Under the pieces are notes generated by a model. The model was not told the origin of the DNA and did not search any database. It saw nothing but the letters and a program-made list of their open reading frames with translations. DNA of 64,000 bases, from assembly GCA_964465575.1 (NCBI GenBank), contig CAYXIF010000002.1, forward strand, positions 10,824 to 74,823, written 5' to 3'. The position numbers and the translations under genes are program-made. Shown one piece after another: positions 9,923 through 17,673 of this stretch (its first letter is position 1; every line of letters begins with the position of its first letter). The stretch comes from an uncultured Candidatus Bathyarchaeia archaeon (GTDB lineage Archaea > Thermoproteota > Bathyarchaeia > Bathyarchaeales > DTEX01).

Positions 9923-10306
9923 TTGCTGAAGAGAATTTGGAGTGTAACCCTGTATGTGTCGGACCTTGAGAGGTCGAGACAGTTCTATGAGAAGGTCTTG
10001 GGCTTGTGCAAGAAGTACGAGTACACCAGCTACGTTGGGTTTGAGTGCGGCGGCGTCGAGATCGGGTTGATTCCAAGAGGGAATCTTGGGATTGGCAAAG
10101 ACGCGCCTACGATACAATTCCTAGTGGATGACGTAGACGTAGTCTATCAGAATCTGAAAGAACAGGGAGTAGTCTTCACCATCGAAGCCCATGATGAGCC
10201 CTGGGGCGGGCGGCAAGCGAGATTCCAAGACCTGGACGGCAACATCTTTGAGCTCACTCAGATAAACTGGCAGAAGTACTTCGGAGTGGCTTCCCGAGGC
10301 ATGTGA
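9923..10306 (+). CDS. VOC (glyoxalase/bleomycin-resistance) family protein
   Basis: Has WSVTLYVSDLERSRQFYEKVLGL...PWGGRQARFQDLDGNIFEL. The start is TTG. Confidence 0.7.
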   Translation: MLKRIWSVTLYVSDLERSRQFYEKVLGLCKKYEYTSYVGFECGGVEIGLIPRGNLGIGKDAPTIQFLVDDVDVVYQNLKEQGVVFTIEAHDEPWGGRQARFQDLDGNIFELTQINWQKYFGVASRGM

Positions 10307-10362
10307 CCGAAAACCTCTGGCATTGCCGAAAACGATATCAACGGTAGTGCATCTTAAGTAGA

Positions 10363-11580
10363 TTGCCTACTGAAGCATTGGAGGTCGGCGGGCTGAAGCC
10401 TATTGCACGGCAACTGCTCAAGAGCATTCATGACCGGAAACAGGAGCCAGACGTTGACCGATTGAGGACGGCTCTTTCGAGGTTGGGGACACCTGACCGA
10501 GTTCCGTTCATGGAGCTCTTCGCAGATGGCGAGGTGATGGCAACTGTACTCAGAAAGCCCTTGAACTTCTTTGTTAGGCGGTTGCTAAGTGAAAAAGAAT
10601 GGGAGGAGCGCATGTTTGCATTGATCGAGTTCTACGAGATCTTGGGATACGACTATGTTCGAGCTGACACGAGAGACTTCAAGGCAACTCTAAGAATGTA
10701 CAAGACAACGGAGGAACTCGCGCCTGGCGAAGTGGGCTCAAGGGCGTACAGGTACAAGACCAAAGACGCTGCGCCCGAACTGAACAGGGGCGAAAGAGCG
10801 TGGGCTAACGAAGGAACGGGCGTCATTGGTGACTGGGATGACTTCAAAGCCTACAGGTGGGAGGACCCGGAAACGATCGCAGAAGAAGGCAACGCGGGGC
10901 TAGAGTGGGTCTGCGATCACGTACCTTCCTGCATGGGCATCGTGACTGGGGCAGGCACAATACTGGAACCGGTCATGTGGTTGATGGGCATCCAGAACTT
11001 CTATGTGAGCCTCTATAGGCAACCTGACCTTGTAAGTGCATTGTTCAAGAAGGTTGCTGAGGTATACATAGCCCGCTTCGAGCTCGCAGCCAAAACGACT
11101 CGGAAGATCATTGCGTTCTGGGGTTCGGATGACTGGGGCTACAAGAACGGCCCCATGATCTCGCCAGCCATGATGAGAAGGTGGGTCTTCCCGGTCCATA
11201 GGAAGATGGCTGAGACTGCACATTCAAGAGGCTCGCTATACGTTCTGCATTCCTGCGGGAACCTTGATGCAGTCATGGAAGACATCATAAGCGATGTCAA
11301 GATAGATGCGAAACACTCTTTCGAGGACACGTACCTTTCCGTGATTGAAGCAAAGAAGCGGTACGGGCACCGAATCGGATTGGTTGGAGGCATAGACATG
11401 GACGTGCTGTCTAGGCGAACTACAAAAGAAGTGAAGGAGTACGTCAGCCGAGTCTTGAGGGTCTGCAAGCCCGGCGGTGGATACTGCCTCGGAAGCGGAA
11501 ACAGTGTCGCTAACTATGTTCCGCTTGAGAACTACTTGACTATGCTCAACGTTGGTCTGGAGGAAGGGTGGTACAACTAG
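10363..11580 (+). CDS. Uroporphyrinogen-decarboxylase (URO-D) family protein, MtaA/CmuA-like methyltransferase paralogue 1
   Basis: 405 aa. Has FWGSDDWGYKNGPMISP, LHSCGNLDAVMEDII and GGYCLGSGNSV, in a URO-D-fold motif order. The start is TTG and uncertain. Confidence 0.7.
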   Translation: MPTEALEVGGLKPIARQLLKSIHDRKQEPDVDRLRTALSRLGTPDRVPFMELFADGEVMATVLRKPLNFFVRRLLSEKEWEERMFALIEFYEILGYDYVRADTRDFKATLRMYKTTEELAPGEVGSRAYRYKTKDAAPELNRGERAWANEGTGVIGDWDDFKAYRWEDPETIAEEGNAGLEWVCDHVPSCMGIVTGAGTILEPVMWLMGIQNFYVSLYRQPDLVSALFKKVAEVYIARFELAAKTTRKIIAFWGSDDWGYKNGPMISPAMMRRWVFPVHRKMAETAHSRGSLYVLHSCGNLDAVMEDIISDVKIDAKHSFEDTYLSVIEAKKRYGHRIGLVGGIDMDVLSRRTTKEVKEYVSRVLRVCKPGGGYCLGSGNSVANYVPLENYLTMLNVGLEEGWYN

Positions 11581-11635
11581 CAAACCAACCTCTGCGGCTT
11601 CCTGTCCATATAGTATTTTTTGGATACTGGTGAGG

Positions 11636-13174
11636 ATGGCGAAGGCAAATCGGACAAGCCCCTCCGAACGTGTTCGGTGGTTGGTCAGTCTACTCGGGGG
11701 CCCGGAGAAAGGTGAGCTGACGTACGATGGTAAGGAGAGGCCACTTTCTCGCTTAGGAGCTCTTAGAGAGCTCAAGAGGCTTGAGGAAGTAGGCGCGATC
11801 AGTCCGCCACAGATGCCATGCGGGGTCAACCTGCACATCCACACGAACGAGTCTTTTGGCGTTTTTGATTCGCCAGCTCAGGTCGCTTGGGAAGGGTACA
11901 AAGCTGGCCTCGAAGTACTGGGAATAAACGATCATTACACAACTAACGGGCATAGAGAGTTCCGTGAAGCCTGCAGAATCCTCGGGCTTAGAGCAACCTT
12001 CAACCTAGAAATCATGGCGCTTGACATGGAAGCAAAGAAGAAAGGAGAGAAGGTCAACGACCCGAAGAACGCTGGCAGGACATACTTGTGCGGAAAGGGG
12101 GTTGTTCGCGAGCTTAGGCCCAGTTCTTCAAGCGATAAGCTCCTCAAGACGGTCAGATCTTCTTTCAGGAAACGATGTGAAGAGATGACTAGGAAGGTGA
12201 GCGTGATACTGAACGACCTCGACACCTCTATGAGACTAGGCTTCGACGAAGTTCTGAGGTTCACGCCGCGAGGGAATGTCACTGAAAGGCATATTGCACA
12301 AGCTTTGGCCGGGCTTGCTAAACGAAGGTTCTCAGACGAAACAGAACGAAAGAGATTCCTTGCCAAGATGTTCGGCGGCTTTGACGAAGGAGACCTTTCC
12401 CGTGAGAATCGATTTCAAGACCTGATAAGGAATGCGCTACTGAAGGCAGGTGGACCTGCCTACGTCGAAGAGCCTCCTGAAGCCTTCCCCAGCGTGGAGG
12501 AGGCAGTTCAGCTCTTCAGAGACTACGGAGCGATTCCGACCTACCCTGTTCTTGGCAATCCCGTGACAGAGAGGGAACGTAACCTTGATTCATTGTTCTA
12601 CGAGCTCGAGGACCACGGAATATTCGCCATCGAGGTGATCCCAAAGAGGAACACTAGAGCAAGGCTTCAGGAAATCCTAGAAGCTGCCGAAAAACACGGC
12701 TTCCCAGTCTTCACTGGAACCGAACACAACACGAAGGCTCCGGAGCCGCTTCTGGACAAGTTCTCAAGAGACCCTTCGTTTCTTCCCACGTTCAGACGAG
12801 GCGCATATCTCGTACTCGGTCACCAGTTTCTCTCAGGATATGCAGGGAAAGGCTATCTGAGGAAAGATGGAAGACTGATGATCGAGAACAGGAACGAGGG
12901 AGAGCGGTTCTTCTCCTTTGCTGGTGCGCTAACATGGCACGAAAAGGCTCTCAAGTGGTTGCGGAGCACTGGAAAGGAGAACGTCTTCAAGGTTGTTCTG
13001 GGAGTCTACACACTCTTCGGTCAGAATGGGCTCCGTGAGCTAGAAGTTGGTCCGGACTTCGAAGTACCAAGCGCACTACTCGCGAAAATCCACGCAGAAG
13101 GCTGTTCAGTGCAGTTTGCTGACGACGAGGCGAGAAGCGATTTCGAGACGATGTCCAGAAGATGCATCGCCTAG
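11636..13174 (+). CDS. PHP-domain (polymerase/histidinol-phosphatase-like) metal-dependent phosphoesterase
   Basis: Has VNLHIHTNES...GLEVLGINDHYT and later GTEHN. The ATG at 11636 is preceded by GGTGAGG. The track ORF is extended upstream to 11552 and overlaps the preceding gene. Confidence 0.6.
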   Translation: MAKANRTSPSERVRWLVSLLGGPEKGELTYDGKERPLSRLGALRELKRLEEVGAISPPQMPCGVNLHIHTNESFGVFDSPAQVAWEGYKAGLEVLGINDHYTTNGHREFREACRILGLRATFNLEIMALDMEAKKKGEKVNDPKNAGRTYLCGKGVVRELRPSSSSDKLLKTVRSSFRKRCEEMTRKVSVILNDLDTSMRLGFDEVLRFTPRGNVTERHIAQALAGLAKRRFSDETERKRFLAKMFGGFDEGDLSRENRFQDLIRNALLKAGGPAYVEEPPEAFPSVEEAVQLFRDYGAIPTYPVLGNPVTERERNLDSLFYELEDHGIFAIEVIPKRNTRARLQEILEAAEKHGFPVFTGTEHNTKAPEPLLDKFSRDPSFLPTFRRGAYLVLGHQFLSGYAGKGYLRKDGRLMIENRNEGERFFSFAGALTWHEKALKWLRSTGKENVFKVVLGVYTLFGQNGLRELEVGPDFEVPSALLAKIHAEGCSVQFADDEARSDFETMSRRCIA

Positions 13175-13182
13175 GCCTGCTG

Positions 13183-13908
13183 TCACTGATGGCCCCTCGC
13201 AGGGTCTTGCTGTTGACCACATTCAGAAAAAGCAAACAGTGATTCCCTTTTCCTCTTGCCGACTTCGCTTATCGCTCCCATCTTTCTAAGACAGTAAGTC
13301 ATCCTGCGTACGTGCGTGACTGGGATGTTCATGCTTTCTGCAAGAGTCTTGTTTGTGAAGGGTTGAGCCAAATCCTCTGGCAGGAGGTTGAGGTAGTCTT
13401 CTTTGCATGCAAAGACCAGCCTATCGACAACTTCGATGAGTTCTCGGTCTCTGATGCTTATGCCCCTTCTTCGCCAGCTGCCTTTTCCATCGGCGCATCT
13501 GGTCTCTTCTTCCTCGATCATCAGGACCTCTATAGAGAAGTTGCGTTCGCGTGTTATCTCTGGTATCCACATGAGCTCTGCGAACAGGTCAAGTACGGTG
13601 CCTCTTCTCGGCGACCTCCTTCTCCGAATCAGTCTCCCCGTCAAAGGGTCAACGTGGGCGATCCACTTCTCTTTGGCTATAGGATAAACGAGCCGAACCC
13701 TATGATTTCGTGCTAGGCTACCCAACTTCTCTCTTGTAGCAGAGAAGTTCTTTGTCTGTATTTCAACTAGCAGGTCGTCACGGGCAATGTCGACTACGAA
13801 GTCGTTTACCTTAGATTCAAACCGATCTCCAGGAAGAGAGTACCAATACTTTATAGCCGAATGAAGAGAGGTTTCGTTCCCCATGCCCGGTACTTTCTTT
13901 ATCAACAC
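13183..13908 (-). CDS. Hypothetical protein; possible PD-(D/E)xK-like nuclease fold plus a C-terminal winged helix
   Basis: 241-aa ORF. FVVDIARDDLLVEIQTKNF resembles the D...E-I-Q core of CoiA/restriction-endonuclease-like families. The C-terminus TNKTLAESMNIPVTHVRRMTYCLRKMGAISEVGKRK looks like an HTH. Confidence 0.55.
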   Translation of the reverse strand: MLIKKVPGMGNETSLHSAIKYWYSLPGDRFESKVNDFVVDIARDDLLVEIQTKNFSATREKLGSLARNHRVRLVYPIAKEKWIAHVDPLTGRLIRRRRSPRRGTVLDLFAELMWIPEITRERNFSIEVLMIEEEETRCADGKGSWRRRGISIRDRELIEVVDRLVFACKEDYLNLLPEDLAQPFTNKTLAESMNIPVTHVRRMTYCLRKMGAISEVGKRKRESLFAFSECGQQQDPARGHQ

Positions 13909-14084
13909 TTGCCCCGCGCTGCAAGAACAGGTTCAGTAATCAGAGAGAGATAATAAGAAGGTTGCTAACATGCTGAAAGATACGTTGTTGGAACAAGGTT
14001 CATATCTCGTGCACCCCTCATCGAGTCTCACATCAGGTTGGACTTGGAGATAACTAGGGGTTGACCGGATCTGTTGTAGCCTAG

Positions 14085-14345
14085 CTACGTGGACCGGATG
14101 GTGCAGAGCTCGTCGACGGGACCGTTGCAGGCGAAGGGCACGAACTGTTGAGTAGCCCAGTAAAGATTGGCTTACTTATTGCTTCGGGGGACGTCGTGGC
14201 TGCAAACGCGGTTTGAGCTAGGGTCACCGGGTTTCAGCCTGACGAGATGCCGCGGCATATGATGCTGGCTTCGAAGATTGGGTTCGGAGTACGCGACCTA
14301 AGCAAGATCCGGCTCGTGAGCGATGTCTTGATCGCCGAGGGTGAG
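14085..14345 (+). pseudogene. DUF362-family C-terminal fragment with an in-frame stop
   Basis: The frame opens after TAG at 14082..14084. It reads LRGPDGAELVDGTVAGEGHELLSSPVKIGLLIASGDVVAANAV-stop(TGA 14214..14216)-ARVTGFQPDEMPRHMMLASKIGFGVRDLSKIRLVSD. The order and motifs match the end of DUF362 proteins, but no N-terminal two-thirds is present. Confidence 0.55.
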
Positions 14346-14392
14346 ATGAGCGCTGGCGTGCCGCTATCGTCAAGAAAAGCGAAATGGTTCAA

Positions 14393-14782
14393 TCAGGCGC
14401 GGCGGGGTTTTCCTAGCTTTTGAATAAGTGCTAGCGTCTTCTCGTCGCCATGTTTGGCTCGATAGGCAAGGACGCCGGCGCGAACGGCCGCGTTTCGCTG
14501 CCCCTCGGGGTTGTTGGGGTCGTAGTGGTTGACGAATTGGTCACATGGAAAAGCTGTGCAGAGTCCACAGTGACTAACCTCGTGTGAATCTATGCATGAA
14601 TATATTTTGCATTCACCCCAGAAGGGACGCCCCCTTTGCGCTGAGCAGCCTAAGCATCTGATTGGTTTCTCTCCAAGGTAGTATGGGCAGGATCCGCAGA
14701 ACTCGCCACATCCTGTCAGAAGCGCATCCTCCTTGGGCATATTATTCACCTTGCACATGGGACACTCGAGAGCTATTGCCAT
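14393..14782 (-). CDS. DUF3795-like cysteine-rich protein
   Basis: 129 aa. The Cys pattern CPMC...CGEFCGSCPYY...CLGC...CKIYSC...HCGLCTAFPCD matches the DUF3795 architecture. Confidence 0.6.
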   Translation of the reverse strand: MAIALECPMCKVNNMPKEDALLTGCGEFCGSCPYYLGEKPIRCLGCSAQRGRPFWGECKIYSCIDSHEVSHCGLCTAFPCDQFVNHYDPNNPEGQRNAAVRAGVLAYRAKHGDEKTLALIQKLGKPRRA

Positions 14783-14809
14783 AAATAACTATCTTCTTGC
14801 TTAAGAAAT

Positions 14810-15137
14810 GACTGGTGTGCTGGCTGTAACCCGCCTTCTGTTTTAGGCGGCATTCGGCTTAACGGGCTACCCGCGTCTCTCACAGGAATTCATTGACGCC
14901 TATTCGCCCTTTCACCCCGCAGGACAGCCGTTTCATCGATCCCACTGAGCCTACTCGGCGACTTGACGCCTCAACGTCACGGGCTCGGTGGGCGGTCCGT
15001 TTCTGTTCTGGAGCCGAGGCTCTCGCCCCACGCCTTGCGGCGTTGCGGACTGTGCAGTGGACGGAGTTTCCTCAAACACGCTTCTCCTCGCTTCCAAGGA
15101 GAGTTGTATTCGAAAGCCACCCGCCAGCTCACCAGTC
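14810..15137 (-). ncRNA. rnpB: RNase P RNA (archaeal type-A-like)
   Basis: The minus strand carries three conserved elements:
- GAGGAAACUCCG, the CR-I / P4 5' strand
- GGGUGAAAGGGCG
- ACAGAAGGCGGGUUAC, the CR-V / P4 3' strand (compare bacterial ACAGAACCCGGCUUA)

The P4 strands pair with a bulged U. A terminal helix forms between GACUGGUG-A-GCUGGC (15137..15123) and GCCAGC-A-CACCAGUC (14824..14810). The 328-nt length is typical. Track ORFs 14893..15279 and 14951..15184 over this region are spurious. Confidence 0.85.
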
Positions 15138-15188
15138 AATAAAAGACTTTGCAGTCGTCTTGGATAAGGATTATCCTTTCTCAATGAA

Positions 15189-17423
15189 TCACTTGGCCGT
15201 GTACCTTGCTGGTTCCCTTGTGAACCTTGTTATCGCGTTGACCGACCCGCATTCAGGGCATTTTTGCTGTTCCCCGTAGAAGGTTCTCTGACAGTTGCCG
15301 CAGTACGTCAAGCTCCTATCGTACGTGTAAAGCCCAATCCTATACTGCCTCACGATCTTGTTGGTTGTCGCTAGAAGCTGCTCAGCATCTTCGTCCGACT
15401 CTTTAAGCGGGATCTTGACCAAATGACTGCTCGAAAATGCTGGATGAAACCGCGACTCTATCGCCAAGTAATCATCTAGCGGCAATCCTGCTCCGTAGGG
15501 TGTAACAGTCATATTCGTGTAGAAGGGGTTTTCTCTTCCGCCTTGAGTGTGTACCTCAGCCAGCCCGTACTTCTCAACGTCCAACTGTGCTAGCCTCCTT
15601 GCCGCCTCTGCGTCCGGCGCTAGGGCTAAGGTGAAGCGGATTCCGCGGCGCTTGGCGTAGCCTTTCACAAGTTTCGACATGAACTCCGCCACCTCCTCCG
15701 CGAAGCTCAACGCATCGCCAGCTTGATGGATAGGCTTCTCAGTCAATGACTCAACGGCCTCATTCAGCCCAATCAAGCTCAAGAGACAGCAGGAGTTCTC
15801 AAGCCTGAAGTACGGCTCCCTCTCCTCTTTCTGCATAAGGAAGGGCAGAAGTCCTTCCTGTGCTCGTTTTCTCATGATGTGGTACTTTATCTCAAGGGCT
15901 CGAAGACCCATCTCTGAGAGGTCGTCAAGGTTGCGGAAGAAGCTGTTCCTGTCCTTCCCGGACTCGTACATCGCCCTCGGCAAGTTCAATGAGACATGAT
16001 CGATGCATCCGGTTCTGATCGTGTCGAGCTCCCAGTCCTCCTTCCAGTCGTCCACAAGCCGCATCCCAGTGGCAGTGAAGGAAGCATAAGTTTCTCCTCT
16101 AGGGGTCAAGTTAGCGAAGTACGGGAGCCCATCGACAGCGAGTCCATGAGCCTTCAGAAGTAGACTCTCAGCCTCAGGATCCCTGAGTGTCTCAGGTCGA
16201 ACCTTCACTATGATGCTTGGGGTGAAGATCGGCTTGTTGGTTTCCCTCTCTCGGAAGCATTCAACAATAGCAGTGGCAAGAAGATTGCTCTCTTGAATGT
16301 AGTCAGCATACACTCCCAAGTTTTCTCGAGTCGGCCCGTATACGCTTCTCTGGGACAAGAAGTCTGGCACAACAGTCTCCAGTCCGAGCGAGACCCCAGT
16401 GAAGACCGAAAGGTTCACAGACGCCAAGAACCGCCGCAGTTCGTCTTTGACCTCGTCCCTTGACAGTCCCCTGATGTATGGAGCTAAGAAAATGTTGAAG
16501 CAGTCTACTCCTTGTTCGAAGGAGAGTTCAGCAGTCGCCAGCCTCAAAACGTTTATGACTAGCATCAGCGCGGCTCGGAAACTCTTGGGCGGATCTAGCG
16601 AGACCAGCTCCGAATGCCTAGTTCTGTTGACCAGCCCTCGCTGAAGATAGTACCTGAGGTCATGCATGAACCCGCTTGTCTTGAGGACCCAAGAGCCTAG
16701 GTTGCTGAGGCTAAGTGCGCCTGAAATGTGAGCGTCCGCCACATCCCTGGGAAGGGCATTTAGAAGAGTGTACTCCTCTATCACGCGGTCTCCTGCGGCC
16801 GCATGAATCTTCTCGACATTCGCGGACTTAGTGCTCGTCTCCTTTATCAGCTGAGTCACATCGTAGACTGGGAGTCCAAGACGCGTGAGCTTATGCCTGT
16901 ACTCTTCTAACCCACGCTCAATCAGAACCGCATTCACGAACTCTCTAATGAGCGGAGCGGTCAGGTACTTCGTGCCGAACTTAAGCAGGCGTTTCTCGGC
17001 TTCCCTTGTAATTCGCTGAGCAAGGTCTACAGGCACGTCCGCTTCTCTAACAAGGGACTCTGCGATTTTATTCCTGTCAAAGGTCTCTATCGAAAGACGT
17101 GAGGTCCTGACGAGAAGCTTCTTCCGGTATGCGCTTTCATCCAGTTCGTCCGAGAATTCAACGATGGTCTTCCCCAAATCCGTCAGACCATACTTCCTAG
17201 AGGTCGGATCAGGCTCAATCAAATCCATGGCGAGAAGCGTTTTCAGATGGTATGCAAATCTGCCTGCGTCCCTGCTTGGACTCAGCTTGAGAAGGTTCAT
17301 TATCTCGGTATAGGATAGAGATCCCCTTTCGTACAGCATCCTAAGTATGTTCAACCTCAACGGTGAGGCGACAGCTTTAAGGACCCTGCTCCCGAGCCCT
17401 TTTCTCCTAGCCAAAATCCTCAC
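15189..17423 (-). CDS. Anaerobic ribonucleotide reductase (NrdD)-like protein with an N-terminal ArsR-type wHTH and an ATP-cone-like segment; radical residues substituted
   Basis: Domain order from N- to C-terminus:
- wHTH: LRLNILRMLYERGSLSYTEIMNLL...FAYHLKTL
- ATP-cone-like: VRTSRLSIETFDRNKIAESLVRE...
- NrdD core: FTATGMRLVDDW...VSLNLPRAMYE
- C-terminal zinc ribbon: CGNCQ...CPECG

The protein ends AITRFTREPARYTAK, without the R-x-x-G-Y glycyl-radical motif. Confidence 0.75.
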   Translation of the reverse strand: MRILARRKGLGSRVLKAVASPLRLNILRMLYERGSLSYTEIMNLLKLSPSRDAGRFAYHLKTLLAMDLIEPDPTSRKYGLTDLGKTIVEFSDELDESAYRKKLLVRTSRLSIETFDRNKIAESLVREADVPVDLAQRITREAEKRLLKFGTKYLTAPLIREFVNAVLIERGLEEYRHKLTRLGLPVYDVTQLIKETSTKSANVEKIHAAAGDRVIEEYTLLNALPRDVADAHISGALSLSNLGSWVLKTSGFMHDLRYYLQRGLVNRTRHSELVSLDPPKSFRAALMLVINVLRLATAELSFEQGVDCFNIFLAPYIRGLSRDEVKDELRRFLASVNLSVFTGVSLGLETVVPDFLSQRSVYGPTRENLGVYADYIQESNLLATAIVECFRERETNKPIFTPSIIVKVRPETLRDPEAESLLLKAHGLAVDGLPYFANLTPRGETYASFTATGMRLVDDWKEDWELDTIRTGCIDHVSLNLPRAMYESGKDRNSFFRNLDDLSEMGLRALEIKYHIMRKRAQEGLLPFLMQKEEREPYFRLENSCCLLSLIGLNEAVESLTEKPIHQAGDALSFAEEVAEFMSKLVKGYAKRRGIRFTLALAPDAEAARRLAQLDVEKYGLAEVHTQGGRENPFYTNMTVTPYGAGLPLDDYLAIESRFHPAFSSSHLVKIPLKESDEDAEQLLATTNKIVRQYRIGLYTYDRSLTYCGNCQRTFYGEQQKCPECGSVNAITRFTREPARYTAK

Positions 17424-17673
17424 TACAACCCTTCAAATGGTTAGTTCAATTTTGTGCACTATATAACGTGAAGGTAAGCCGATAAAAGACTTTGGATACC
17501 TCTGGGCAATGTGTTTATTGTTGCGTGATGACTCTAGACTCGTGCACCTTCGGTCAGTCATATGCGAGTCTGGACTTGACTACGGGGAACTTCTAAAGGC
17601 TTACGGAATATCTGTTGAAGCAATGGTTGCCACAGTGAGAAGAGTCCTGAAAAGGAAAAGAAGGTAATGGCTA

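Noticed and set aside
14893-15279. Track ORFs 14893..15279 (+, 128 aa) and 14951..15184 (-, 77 aa).
   Set aside because: They lie on top of the RNase P RNA gene. Their sequences are low-complexity, Arg/Pro/Ser-rich translations of structured GC-rich RNA. The same reasoning applies to the many antisense or overlapping ORFs in the track inside well-supported genes, for example 771..974, 1428..1718, 26450..26743 and 46649..47191.
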